Below are positions 10,501 to 21,519 of a DNA stretch of 56,794 nucleotides, in pieces; position 1 is the first letter of the stretch, and each line of letters starts with the position of its first letter. The stretch comes from Nemertoderma westbladi (taxonomy: Eukaryota; Animalia; Xenacoelomorpha), in contig JAUCBJ010001911.1 of NCBI GenBank assembly GCA_032718475.1, positions 1 through 56,794 of the forward strand, written 5' to 3'. The notes below the pieces were generated by a model. That model saw only the letters and a list, made by a program, of their open reading frames with translations. It searched no databases and was not told where the DNA came from. The translations under genes were made by a program, and so were the position numbers.

Positions 10501-13500
10501 GGTATAGTCTTGTAGGAACGTCAGTTGGGCTTCCCAGTCCCTCCATTGCTCAGCTAACTTTTCTGGGATGGGATCGTCCCATTCCAGTCCGGCTTGCCAA
10601 ATGCTGCGGAGTATGATCCTAGCATGTAGGATCACTGGACTAATGAAACACAATGAGTCATACAATCGACTCATGGTCGATAAGCAAGTCCTCTTAGTGA
10701 GAGGTCTAGTCTGGTCGTTGGACCTTACACGTACCCTAAAATTGTCGGTGTTAGGGTCCCAACTAAGTCCTAATACTTTGGTCGTCGGTAGAGGTTCTAG
10801 GTCTAAGTCCAAGTCACCTCCACTGCGATCCGTCGGGTCAAATGAGTTCACCAGCTCGGGTTCGTTGGAAGCGAACTTCGTCAGGTGGAATCCGCCCTCA
10901 GCGAGACAATCCTGGAGTTGGTGTGCTACGGTTGTAGCGCGCTCCAAGGTGTCACAACTCTTGAGGCCGTCATCCACATAGAAATCTCGTTCCACTGTCC
11001 GAACTACTTCTGGGTCAAATTGGTCTCGTCTGTCCAATGCGGTCTGCTTTAAGGCGTACATGGTGCAGTTGGGGCTGTCCCTGGCTCCAAAGACTCTTAC
11101 CTGCATTTGGTAAGTTTCTGGCGGAAGTTGTAAGTTTCCGTCCGGATACCAAAGAAACCTCAAGCTGTCCCTGTCCCGCTCCAAAGCCTTAACCTGGTGA
11201 AACATGGCCTCTACGTCACAGGTGAAAGCCACTTTGTGTTGTCTAAAACGCATTAGGACTCCCATGAGGTAATTGTTCATATTCGGCCCGTCCATCAGTT
11301 CGCTGTTCATAGACATCCCTTGGTAAAGCGCGGCGCAGTCGTTGACTACACGCACCTTGCCAGGTTTGTCCGGGTGTCGAACAAAATGATGTGGCAGGTA
11401 ATATGTCTGGTCTGTGGTTACCTTGGGATTTAGCATCCTAATGGCGTATCCCTTTTGGAGATACGTCTGAAGTTGTGCATTGTATTGCATATGGGCCGCC
11501 TCGTCTCGCAACAATCGCTGCCTTATTGATTTGAGTCGCCTCAAAGCAAGCGGGTAATTGTTAACGAGTTTAGGTTGTCCATTGCGCCACAACATACCAA
11601 CCTCATAGTGGCCATTCGCGGTCTGGCGAATGGTATCTCTCATAATATTTAATGACCGTTTTTCCTGTTCTGACATAGCGGTCTCGTAACTACTGGGTTC
11701 TGCTGAGACCTGTTCCAACCATTGAATGGTCCATTCAGTCAGCAGTCGGTCAAGCGCTGCTTGCACTGCGCCATGGTCCTCGTCCACGTCTTCATTCGCT
11801 GCGGTGGCTAGTGTCAATGTGTCTGGTAGGCTCGCAAGCCTTCTGGTGTCACTAGTCGGCGTTGAATCGTCGTGCGGCGGTTTGACAACTTCTTGATCTA
11901 TCGGTAGGCTCGCAAGCCTTCCAAGATCAACGACCAGTGTCGAAGCTTGGTGGGTGGGGTCAATGACCTTCGGATTTTTCGGTAGGCTCGCAAGCCTTCC
12001 AAAATCCTCGTTCATCGAGTCATCCACGGCAACAACCCTTTGGTCTTCAGTAGTCAATACAACCTGGTTTACTGCAAGTAGTTGTAAGTCAGAGGTCCGT
12101 GTGGTCGTGTCCAGATCAGTTACGTCAGTATCGGTGGCGTCTGCGTTAGCGACGCAAGTCTGTCGTAGTGCCGTCCGTACAATTGGACCACGGGAGTGTG
12201 AAGGAGAGTTATCTATTGTAGTAGTCAATAAACTACACGTACTCAAAACGTCGTCCTCCTGGTCACTTACCTCTAGTGAACGTATTGGTGCTCTAGTATA
12301 CCAACCTATGGGAGTTCTACATGCGTAGGGGTTGCCCGCTGTAATAACAGATGGGCGTGTCTCCCATACCTGATGTAAGTTAAACTGGTCTGTCCCAATT
12401 AACATCGCAATGGAACGATAATTAACAGGACATTCCGGTATTCCAAGGTGTCGGAAATACTTACGATCTTCCGGTGATTGCTCTGGCACAGGGCCGAGCA
12501 AGTTACTAAAGTCCTTCGTAGCTGCAAAGGTCAAATTTCTTACCGGAAGTAATGAGCGCTCCTCCTTGCTGTGTTCCGCTTTGCAAAGAAGAGTGTCTAA
12601 GGTTAGTTTTACTCTCGTCACAGGGATCGCTCTCTTACCATGCATGCTGCTTACAGTATACTGAGCAGTCTTACCTTGACTCATGTCCGTAACCACGTCG
12701 GCTACTTGTTCGTCGACATAGCTATGCGATGATGCAGAGTCTAAGATAGCGTATATACGCTTGCTCCCTCGGGTTCCGGTAATCTTTATAGGAATCACAC
12801 TAAACCCTTTCAATTGGTTCTGTGTGAGGAGTGTTACCGATGGCTGTTCCTCACCTGCATGCACGTAGAAAGTGTCGTCTTCCTCCTCGTCCTCGTCCGA
12901 TGATCCTGACTGATCCATACAGTCCGTATAAAAGGTACGGATCTCGCGCGGCGCACGCTCCTTATAAAGCGCGTCGCATCTAGCCGCTTTATCTGGATGC
13001 TCTCGTCGAAAGCGTTTGGTCGGAGTATGACTGGTGGTGTGGAGTAACGCGTCATGGTTACGTCCACACAGAGGACATGTATCGTCGCTCGGGCAATCCT
13101 TCCGGACGTGTCCTGGCTTCATACATCTCCAGCAGGAATCTAATGATCGAATTTGGAGTCTCCTCTCTTCGATTCCTAACTCCTTAAAAGCGCGACATCC
13201 ACGAAGTTTATGTCCGCTGTAGTTTCTGCCGTTCCGCTCGCAGTACGAGCATCCCACAAAGTCTGCCGGCAACTGTTGTCGTGGCTGCGTGGTGTCGATA
13301 GGCGTCAGAACTTTAGAAGTCTCAGTAGGGGTGGCATAGGTAACGGCTTTCGTGTTCGTCGGAAATGGTTTAGTCCGATTTGGCGCAGAAATAGCTATCC
13401 CTTCTGCCGCGATATGATGATCGGTATAATTCGATCGAGTCTCGATCACGGCCTCCCGCGAAATCAGTTGATAGACGTCGGTGAGTTTTAAAAGCCCGCC

Positions 13501-13764
13501 GGCCTCTTCACGCTGGTACTCGATGCGTCGCCATTCTCGTCGGAGTCGATGATGAAGTCGACCGATTATCCTGATGAGAACCGTCAGTGCGTTAGCGTAC
13601 TCGAGTTGTCCAATGGACCGTAAAGTCCCTATAGCGTTTTTTATTTCGTCCACGAGTCGTAGAAGATCGATCGGTTTCGAAATGCTGCCTCCTCTACAGA
13701 GGTCTTCGATAATGGTTCCAACGGTTTCAACGTGGGTTTCTGTTGGGGTGTTTCTCGTGGAGGA
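7546..13764 (-). CDS. BEL/Pao polyprotein frame: capsid CTD, Cys-His knuckles, protease, RT, RNase H, integrase
   Basis: Three Cys-His knuckles; ILDSAS protease; YLPHH and FYVDD RT; FSDAS and NPADIASRG RNase H region; H-x4-H..CMIC, GIDCFGP, CDQG, GGVWE integrase. The frame is open from 13764, upstream of the GTG called at 13653. Confidence 0.95.
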   Translation of the reverse strand, partial: SSTRNTPTETHVETVGTIIEDLCRGGSISKPIDLLRLVDEIKNAIGTLRSIGQLEYANALTVLIRIIGRLHHRLRREWRRIEYQREEAGGLLKLTDVYQLISREAVIETRSNYTDHHIAAEGIAISAPNRTKPFPTNTKAVTYATPTETSKVLTPIDTTQPRQQLPADFVGCSYCERNGRNYSGHKLRGCRAFKELGIEERRLQIRSLDSCWRCMKPGHVRKDCPSDDTCPLCGRNHDALLHTTSHTPTKRFRREHPDKAARCDALYKERAPREIRTFYTDCMDQSGSSDEDEEEDDTFYVHAGEEQPSVTLLTQNQLKGFSVIPIKITGTRGSKRIYAILDSASSHSYVDEQVADVVTDMSQGKTAQYTVSSMHGKRAIPVTRVKLTLDTLLCKAEHSKEERSLLPVRNLTFAATKDFSNLLGPVPEQSPEDRKYFRHLGIPECPVNYRSIAMLIGTDQFNLHQVWETRPSVITAGNPYACRTPIGWYTRAPIRSLEVSDQEDDVLSTCSLLTTTIDNSPSHSRGPIVRTALRQTCVANADATDTDVTDLDTTTRTSDLQLLAVNQVVLTTEDQRVVAVDDSMNEDFGRLASLPKNPKVIDPTHQASTLVVDLGRLASLPIDQEVVKPPHDDSTPTSDTRRLASLPDTLTLATAANEDVDEDHGAVQAALDRLLTEWTIQWLEQVSAEPSSYETAMSEQEKRSLNIMRDTIRQTANGHYEVGMLWRNGQPKLVNNYPLALRRLKSIRQRLLRDEAAHMQYNAQLQTYLQKGYAIRMLNPKVTTDQTYYLPHHFVRHPDKPGKVRVVNDCAALYQGMSMNSELMDGPNMNNYLMGVLMRFRQHKVAFTCDVEAMFHQVKALERDRDSLRFLWYPDGNLQLPPETYQMQVRVFGARDSPNCTMYALKQTALDRRDQFDPEVVRTVERDFYVDDGLKSCDTLERATTVAHQLQDCLAEGGFHLTKFASNEPELVNSFDPTDRSGGDLDLDLEPLPTTKVLGLSWDPNTDNFRVRVRSNDQTRPLTKRTCLSTMSRLYDSLCFISPVILHARIILRSIWQAGLEWDDPIPEKLAEQWRDWEAQLTFLQDYTIPRVYFPLQTTFPADLELHSFSDASKDGLGVTLYLRRQVTSDSYDVSLVTSKARTMPLKYMTVPHGELQAGTISTDIVSLVQRELEANLKVTYWTDATLVLWYINNEAFEFKTFVANRRAEILDRSLKQDWRHCPGKLNPADIASRGMQPLDFCKPDNKSFWFRGPDFLQRPSDEWPQLFDATTNTIPEGAEIKIDKVVKSKAKANAKVKRKQGRTKSDDLDARPDITPDVSPDTRPDACTNPSPDVPREISPDVSPDCSPDYSPDYSPEATPDCSPDCSPDCLMELSTESLPDVSPDFPPDISTDCPPDFRPDFGPDFLLEVTPDRPWDRRQDISLEVPRYVSPDVSPDCSPDASPDCLLDTPLKDPLERTFRDLPNLTSLDDKCVATAITLRSKKVLDLPPTVKRVTKVRKLTGSQEHTGTVELKPLLPVDTLGADGKGKTVKIDVLGDSDKPTGRPVGLPSPDKYPQYDYTLPDDVTNTYVYRIVNLTRSWTDACRKLAWLKRLRQYARGKRDFPRRLTLKEVGHCEVDIIRHYQLRYFAREFTAINQGKQIKSSPILSWSPIIYRGLLCHKSRLQNIDFALDFRYPIIIPQHHELQRAMILDAHVQLKHVGRHHCLSHLRSRFVLIRPSKALSSVTRNCMICKKVHARIGHQEMSELPLARLQAFRPPFTETGIDCFGPIIAKRGRVQVKRWGLIFTCMASRAVHIERVTDLTTNSFILALRRFIARRGLVKSIYCDQGTNFVGARNEITRALKRLDQNQISEELRSHRIVWYFNTPDSPWRGGVWERLIGSIKTAMAKVVPTQHILTDDQLTTLLIEIEAILNTRPIALIPDNNDTQFALTPAHLLMQAPTTLLPISVPVDSDGYGNKAWKITQLLANKFWEIWQKYYLPSISTRTSWYLNTRCLRRGDHVLLAEANLKRRFWLTGVILTTHPTSGVVRTVTVRTINGRTVDRPVQRLVLLEETRNESGDYKSPPNLSK
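9420..9840 (-). repeat. 12-nt minisatellite encoding (S/P/R)PDx tetrapeptide repeats inside pol
   Basis: Repeated AGTCTGG/GTCTGGTGA units; peptide SPDVSPDCSPDYSPDY... Confidence 0.9.
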
Positions 13765-15980
13765 TTATCGATATAGGTGTTCGTCGATCGTTCCTCTCGT
13801 TTGTAATCCGCTGTCTCCACCGCTCCAGTACGGAATATTTCCCGTTCCGTCGACTCCAAATCGCTGGATGAATCGCTGTCGTCTGGATAAGGTGGTTGGC
13901 GGGTTCGCGTACGGCGTATTACTCTTGGTCGAGTTCGTTGTGGTCTGGGATCTACGACTCTCCGTTGTTCGGTAGGCTCGCAAGCCTTCCACGAAGTCGT
14001 AGGTCTCGTTGAACTCGGTTCGATCCTGTGGGTATTACCCACATCCATCGTCCTTCGTTGTTCGGTAGGCTCGCAAGCCTTCCACGAAGTCGTAGGTCTC
14101 GATAAACATTGGGTGAGAGGTCTAGTAAAAACATCGGAGTTAAGTGCTACTGTAGGTTTATAAATGACTGGGTTCGCGCAGCACGTCACAGGTTTAACTT
14201 GTAATGGTTTACTCACCAGTTTTACTGTCATAAACGCAGGTTCGTCTCTCTCTACAAGTAAACTACGGCTTACAGTAGGTGGACTACTTATCTTACCTGC
14301 GAGAATCGGCGATGAAGTCGCTCGTGGCTGCTGAATTGATTCCGACATAACAAACCTGCTACCTTGCGTCGAGCGCACAGGCGTTATTTCCTTAGGTTTC
14401 GTAACAAAGACCGGTTTTATCAGAGTCGTGGGTTTGAGCATAGGAATAACTTGGGGAAAACGTTTACAGTAATCCTCGACGAACTCCTCTCCTCGGTCTA
14501 TCGCTCCCACACTTCCTTCCTCGATTCGCTTCTGAATTCCGCGATATCGAGTCTCCATGCGATCCAGGGCAGACAAGTCGTGCCCAGCTCGAGACCTTAT
14601 AGATCTATCTCTCGCGTCGAGTTCGAGGTCCTCTTGCGCGTTCGCCGCCTCACGCGATCTGCGATTTAGTTCAAACTGTAGTTGCATCTCCCTTTCGCGT
14701 TGATCTGCTTCCTGTTGTTGTACCGCTAACTCCGCTTCCTGTATAGCTAAACGAGCGTTTATTTGTCGCGCCTCCAACTTGGCACGAGCGTCGGATGCTG
14801 CTTTCTTCCGTGCTAACTCAGCTGCATTTACCGCCGCAACTCGTGCTAGCTCGTCAGCCGCTGCCTGTCGTGCTAGCTCGTCAGCTGCCGCCTGTCGTGC
14901 TAACTCATCGGCTGCTGCCTGTCGTGCTAACTCGTCGGCTGCTGCCGCCGCGGCCGCTTCTCGCGCTAAGTCCTCCTCCAGTCTCCGCATCTCTGATGCT
15001 TCGAACTCAGCCTGTGCTTGAAGTTTCGCAAGTTTCGCTACATCCTCTCTGCGCTGTTTTTCTCCTTCGATGGCGATCTGCGCCATCTGTCGTTGCGCTT
15101 CTTCCTCGATGACTTGTTGTCGGCGTGCGACCTCCTGTTGTTGTCGAATAATTCCAGACGCTGTTCTACTAATGTCGCCAACGTCGCCAACGTCGCTCCG
15201 TACGCTAACGAACTATCTATCCAGTGGTGGAATTTGGTAGGCTCGCGAGCCTTCCGTAGATAGAACTTCCGTCGTCCCTCTCGGTACAACTTCCGGTTCT
15301 TCGATCGGTACTCCGCATCTACAAAGAAAATTGGTGAGCGTCCCTAACCTCCCGTCCAGGCAGTATAGTTCTTCTTCCTCTTCGGGTTGTAACAACGCGT
15401 CCGAAACTGACTCACCTAACAGTTGGTCGAGTTGTTCTTGCTGAGTCGATCCTACAACCGACTTAAACTGAATGAGGCTTTCCCTCGCACTTAACAACTT
15501 GTCTATTATCTTTACCTGAGTAAAGTTGTCGCCACACAACTCTGCGAGTTCGTGTAAACCTTTAAGTTTATCTACGGAGGCATGTACCCTACTTTTTATT
15601 CTTACCTGTAAGGTGTAGAACTCGTATCTCGACATCGGGGCGGTTAACTCGTGTAAAACGCGAAAACCTTCTCCGAGGTTCCGAGTAATCTGGGCCATGT
15701 GTCCTCCTATACTCCTAATAACGTTCTCCTGGCTTCCAGTCGAACTTACCATGTCCGGTTCCCGCGATCTGGTCTGCGGGACGGTAAGGAAATCTTCGAT
15801 TCTGCCGTCGCCACACGTTGCGGCTTCCGGTATTTCCGTTCGGGGTACCGGCGACGCATGCGGTGTGACATCGGTGGAATCTCGGGTTCTCCTTCTCGGT
15901 TCGTCTACTGTCGATCTGTCCGGGTCACACGAGTCATAGTCGGTAGGTGGGTATCGAGTCGAATGGTGTGTGTCACTCAT
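13641..15980 (-). CDS. gag N-terminal region of element 1: 255-aa ORF plus 481-aa coiled-coil ORF, same frame, separated only by one TAG at 15213-15215
   Basis: The 42 codons 15087-15212 are stop-free (FVSVRSDVGDVGD...EEEAQRQ); AAADELARQ 27-nt repeats. Confidence 0.8.
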
Positions 15981-18396
15981 GTCTTATTATATACGTCAAG
16001 TACGGGTAATAAAATGTCAAAGTATCAGAATGTCGAAATGTCAAAATGTCGAAATGTCAAACTTACCTTGGTATATATATACACTATATATATATACCCT
16101 AACCGGTACAAATAAAACTAACAAAGTATAATAAAATAAGTAATAATCTAGCCTACCGGCTAAATTTGTACGAATAAGTGAGATAACGGTATAAGTTACC
16201 AAAATGTAGATCAACAAGTACAAATAATAGGTAAAACAGCAACGTCTAATGGGAAAATAAGTACCAACAACACTACTAATAGACAGTGAAACCCACAAAT
16301 TTTGAGTACTACTGTGCTTTCTTAAGTTTGAACGACACGAGTCGTAAAACTTACGTTCCTTTGATCTTCCAGTCGTGCAAATTCCCAAATACAAACCGGA
16401 CGTGGGTCGTTCCGTTTTTCGGCGGCGCGGACGAATTTATTGTCTCCCAAACTTTGCGAAAAGCGGTCTAATCCTCGAAGCGGTCCAGAAATGAGTCCTT
16501 GAGTCCTGAATGGTCGAAGGTGAGAGTTTTACTTCTACGCTACGAAAAATTCTTCCTAGGTACCGATACAACTTGGTCTTTAAACCCTATGTACCTTTTC
16601 AAGTACCGAAAAGTAACACCGCACACACACGGCGTAAAACAAAATGCTACAAACTAACTATTAGCTAGTCAAATATTAAATACGAAAGTACTAGCTACCC
16701 TAAAAGCCTACTGAAGCAGGGGACGTTCTACAAATTACTAAATTTACTAACCTTAATTTTTAAATATCTCCTACTTACAATAGCTAACAGTATGTGAGAG
16801 ACCTCACGGTTGGGATATATGTTTCCTACTTTCGTAAGAATAAATATACCTCACTGTTGTGTCCTCTACGGTAGGGACTACCCTACAGCCTACAAATCTA
16901 CCAATACGAAGCTATAGAATATCTCTATCCGTAAAGTCCAGTAGTATACCGCTTAACAGATCCTAGTAACGATGTATCTTACTATGAGACTCTAGTAATG
17001 AAACGGGCTCGTACAGTATCTGACAACAAATCCCAGTCCAGGATATCTAAACAAACAGATACAATACACAAACTACTACTGGCGAGGAGCAGAGCCTGGT
17101 GTCTATTCTGTGTACGTGGGCGGGGCTAATGCCTACGAACTAGACAAAAGGATACCTGTCCTCTAACCGGTATGGCAGATGTACAGTTACGGTAACAGAC
17201 CAAACTCAAGGGAAAACAATCCCCGCGCAGCGAATCCTAACTATCGCTGACAGTCCTAAATACAGTAACTTGCCACGGTGTGATTTATATGGTTTATATA
17301 CGAGCTAGGTGGGTTACAGCCCTAGCGTAACAATGCTGATCTCAGTCCTTAATCAGTCTAAAGGGGGTCGTGCCTAATGTAACAATACTATTGAGCAGAA
17401 AACAATAGTTTAATAACGAAAATGAAATACTCCTTCTTGCCGTAACTAAATATCTGATCGTAATTTTACAAATACCGAAAGTACGATAAATATACTTTGC
17501 CTAAAGTGATCTAAAGTACGCTATAACTAGTAGGAACTCTAAGGGTAAATATGTTTTAGGGTGTGTGTGTGTGGGTGTGTTACAAATAAAACAATTTTGG
17601 TGTATATCTTTTCACTAGGTTTTAGTGATTTTCTGACTGAAATAATACCGTGCGCTAGCTACTAAAATAAGCTAGTCGCGTTTTGTAGAACTTTATACTC
17701 ACAAATGACATCAAAGCTCTCTCCTTCTTATCCACAACTCAAATGGGCAACCACGGTGTTAGTAACTACACCCGTGATCGGCACAAATACCAGATTCTGG
17801 TTGTAAGATAAGAAATAGGGATTAATTGCTACCGTACGTTAGCTGATCTGGTATACGAATTTGATTCTAGAACTTTGTTGCCACGGTAGTTAGCAGCAAA
17901 TACCTATCAGTACGTGGCAAGGCGCGGTAGGATATTAATAAAAACCTCCCTAGGCCAAGCGGTGTGCCAGTAGCAGAAATGCTCCTTGCCTGATCAAATA
18001 ACCAACTTCAGGCAAGGGGGGGGGGGGTGTACTAATGTATGCTCTACAGAGCGAACCGGTACCAAACAGTCAGTACTACAAATCACTAAATTATGGAACG
18101 TATGCTGTCCGTACCTAATATGTACTTGCGTACTGACGAACGGCAATAGCTCGCTATACCTGTGAGGCATACAGGTAACCCAGGGGTTTGCAGGACTGAC
18201 AAAGGGGGTTCTGCTTAAATATAGTTATTTGATCCTAAATTTGCGGCGTCCCAGGACGACATCACGCTTACCCTGATCTATAGGTCTTACGGCGGGCAAG
18301 GGCGTCAAACAAAGTCTTACCTTCCTCATAAAGCGGGCGCTGCATGGCGTGTGGAGTGGCGTGGGGGTGCGCGGTCTAATCTAATGTTCTAATGAA

Positions 18397-18570
18397 CCGC
18401 TACCGGTAGCTGAATGGTTAGAGCGTCAGTCTTCCATCCGGAGGTCACCAGTTCGATCCCACCTGGACGTCATTGCCGACTATGTAAAACTGTGCCCAAC
18501 AAAACGTTCTAATAATAAGAAACCACTCATTCACCCAAAACACTAATAATAGATTATAAAAACACTAAAA
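18397..18570 (+). mobile_element. tRNA-derived SINE copy
   Basis: TAGCTGAATGGTTAGAGC ... GTTCGATCCC; matches the 5397 copy. Confidence 0.7.
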
Positions 18571-19019
18571 ATAGTTTTTAATATCAGCTATTGTTAAAAA
18601 AAACGCAGTTCAATACCAACTTGCCAGTTTGAGAATCTAAACTAAAAAATAGAGTAACAGAAACAATTTCTAACTTAGATTAATGTGAATGGAGACGATC
18701 CATAATAAACAGCCCATTTATAAAGGATTCCTGGAAGGAGTGGTTGAATTCAACCAGAACCCAACATTTATTTGAGTCCAACACAGTTCAAGGGGACTTC
18801 TAAAAATAAACTGTCTAGACAGTCATGACATTACTGTCAAAAATTATGACATCCAGAGAAGAAAGTCACACCAAGCGCTATACGCTATTCAACAGATCGG
18901 TCCATGTCATAAATTAAAACACCTTTAATATCCCCGATAAAATAAAGAAAATCACACGTTAAACCGGCAAAACCCCGTAATGTATCATTTATATACTATG
19001 GTTTGTATTCAGCCAGGAC

Positions 19020-19105
19020 ACAACATTAATGAGGGACTCAAATATTAATCAGGGACACTAACATTAATGAGGGACACAGATATTAATGAGGGACACAAAT
19101 ATAAA
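19020..19105. repeat. Short tandem repeat, ~20-nt unit ATTAATGAGGGACAC, about 4 copies
   Basis: Direct inspection. Confidence 0.8.
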
Positions 19106-20371
19106 TCATTCGCTAAAAATTGGTTTCAGAAAATTTCACCTAAAATTTAATCATCATCTCCGGCCTTAAAATTGAACTCGACAGAACAACAGAACGACAG
19201 ACACACCGATTGAGTTAGTGGTATGCTAAGCTCGCCTACTTTCGTGGCTCGCCCCAAACACCAAGGAGAAGCACTACGGTCTGCATTGTGTATAGTTGCT
19301 AGGAAACACAGCATGGATGGCGGATGATCTTTCACTACAACTCATTGTTTTTATTTGGTTCATTGGTGTTATGGGTGAATAAGTGGTTTCATATTATTAT
19401 AACGTCTACTTGGACGTCATTGCCGACTTTGCAAAAGCTCTGCTCAACAAAAAGTTATAATAATATTCAGTAAAATATGGCATTCAATATTATAGTTTAT
19501 CTATGTCGGGAAGGGAAGGGGGGGGGGGGGATATGGTCCCTAGCCCTCCTTGCGTTGGGGACCAATCAATGACTTACTTTTGGTCGAACGGTTGTTAGGC
19601 AGTAAGTGGTAATAATTAATAATAGCCCATATTTATTTTAAGACTAATTTAACAGCCCATCAAATATCTACCCCTGTAAATGCTCTTACAGCAAGTTTGT
19701 TACAGTATCTTTAAAGTCACAGTGTTTACTAGTCTCTTACAGCGTGTTCGTAGTAAGCAGAATGTGTAGTAAATGAGAATTGGAAGGCCCATAGATAACA
19801 AACATTAATTTAGTCGCCCAGTTTTAGTCCCTGTCTTAACATTATTAATTAAACTAATAAATAAAAATATATTATCATAAACTATTTATCGTAAGTGATT
19901 AAACGGAACAATGGATGGGGAGAAAATAGAAAAAACTGTTTGTTTTTTGCAATATTTCGGACTCCTTACGGAAGACCGTCGTCAGGCAGTATTGAATTGA
20001 CCAGAATACAGAAAGGCGAATATTATAGTAAAAACAAACTGATTTGTCCTTTTTTTCCCCATCCATTGTTGCGTGTAATCTCACGATAATTTGAAATTGA
20101 AGTTGCAGGATGTGAGACCAATTAAATCTAAACTAATATTTATTATATTAAAAATTACTCAAACATTATATTTTACTCTTTATCCAAATATATTCAATAG
20201 TAATAAATACAGTGCGATCCTACATTTATTTGTAATACAATAACACTAACACTATGACACTTTGCAAAACAATAACGTTTATTGTTTTGGTTGCCCCAAT
20301 ACGCCTCTGAAACCTGCTCCTTTACTAACCTGCTCCTTTACTAACCTGCTCCTTTACTAACTAGGAGTAGG

Positions 20372-20891
20372 GGGTCACCGATAATTAATCGGAAACATAA
20401 GATCCGATTATTTAGAGCAGCAGTAGTTCCAGTACTCCTCTATGGGAGTCCATGCTGGGCTCTAACTGCTGAGGACACCAAATCTCTGGATGGCACATAC
20501 ACAAGAATGCTACGCCGGGTTCATTGTGTCAAGTACAATGCACACATCTCCAACCAGACACTATATAACATTGGAGGTGTCTCATTGGTTCCCCCAAGCT
20601 TGACACTAGAACAAAATCGCCTCCGCTTTGCAGGACATTGCTTTCGCCGTGAGGACCAGCCAGTGCATAATCTTGTACTTTGGCAGCCTCATGGAGTGAA
20701 TAAGCATGGTGGACAGCCCATGACTTTCTTGAGACGCATCTTAAAGGACACTGGCCTTGAAGATGCGGATGATCTAGCAAATGTCATGGGTGATAGGGAG
20801 TTGTGGCGGCGCAATTTTGTCCTCAAGCCGGCACAGCATTCTTAAAAATGCAGCTGCAATGCAGCATGCCGATCCTAGTAGTAGTAGTAGT
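20372..20891 (+). mobile_element. RTE-like LINE 3' fragment with (TAG)n tail
   Basis: VLLYGSPCWALT, RLRFAGHCFR and WR motifs; ends GATCCTAGTAGTAGTAGTAG; near-identical to 48245-48754. Confidence 0.85.
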
Positions 20892-21519
20892 ATATTTACA
20901 TATTGTTTGCACTTCTACAGTAGGTATGTTAGACCCTTCAGCTTTCTATGTGTAACGATATTTCACATCATGAGATATATAGACAAGATTCATTTTTTTC
21001 ATGTAATTACTAGATTAATTACAGTAACTACACGATTTATCCAGTAGTGACAATCTTCGTGTTTCTTATTATTGTTGTTCCCAACATTATACTGTCATCA
21101 GAACCCAACAATCTCCGATGTAATTTTTCAATTTAGAAAAAAACCTACAATGTCTGTCTAACGGTTATCCAAAAAACAGACACTCGACTACTAAGTATGA
21201 ATACCTACTATCAATGCACTTTAACGAATTTACAACAATATTTCCGTTATTAACAATTAACAATATTAACAATTAATAATACCGATAACTTCATAAGCGA
21301 ACCAATCTTAATATCATTTTCATTCACATTCATCAATTTAATTATTATAGCTTCACCAGTTACTAGCCAATGAGAGGCCAGGATTTCAAATTACATTGAA
21401 GTGTCTGTTGTCATATCTCAATCAAGACAAAGGCCTACGTGCGTTAGTTATTATTGCTTACTTTAACCTGCGTTTCAGACATGTCTGGTGTTTTAAACTG
21501 CAAAAAATAAGTTCTGTAA

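Larger units (their letters stand above)
7378..18390 (-). mobile_element. BEL/Pao LTR retrotransposon, element 1 (paired LTRs and TSD not found)
   Basis: Interrupts sequence that is contiguous at 5370-5400; gag-PR-RT-RH-IN order; ~2.4 kb non-coding 5' region; purine tract GGAGGG near the 3' end. Confidence 0.85.

Noticed and set aside
13570-13600. Other CTGATGA/CTGACGA hits (13572, ~18133, ~23498) as further hammerheads
   Set aside because: No helix II followed by GAAA and no closing helices
15213-15215. Genome-wide reassignment of TAG to a sense codon
   Set aside because: The 2035-aa and 767-aa ORFs contain no internal TAG, and pol ends at TAG shortly after its natural C-terminal motif
7756-16471. 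Plus-strand ORFs opposite element 1 (and 27342-31503)
   Set aside because: Antisense shadows of the retrotransposon frames and its repeats, with no independent motifs
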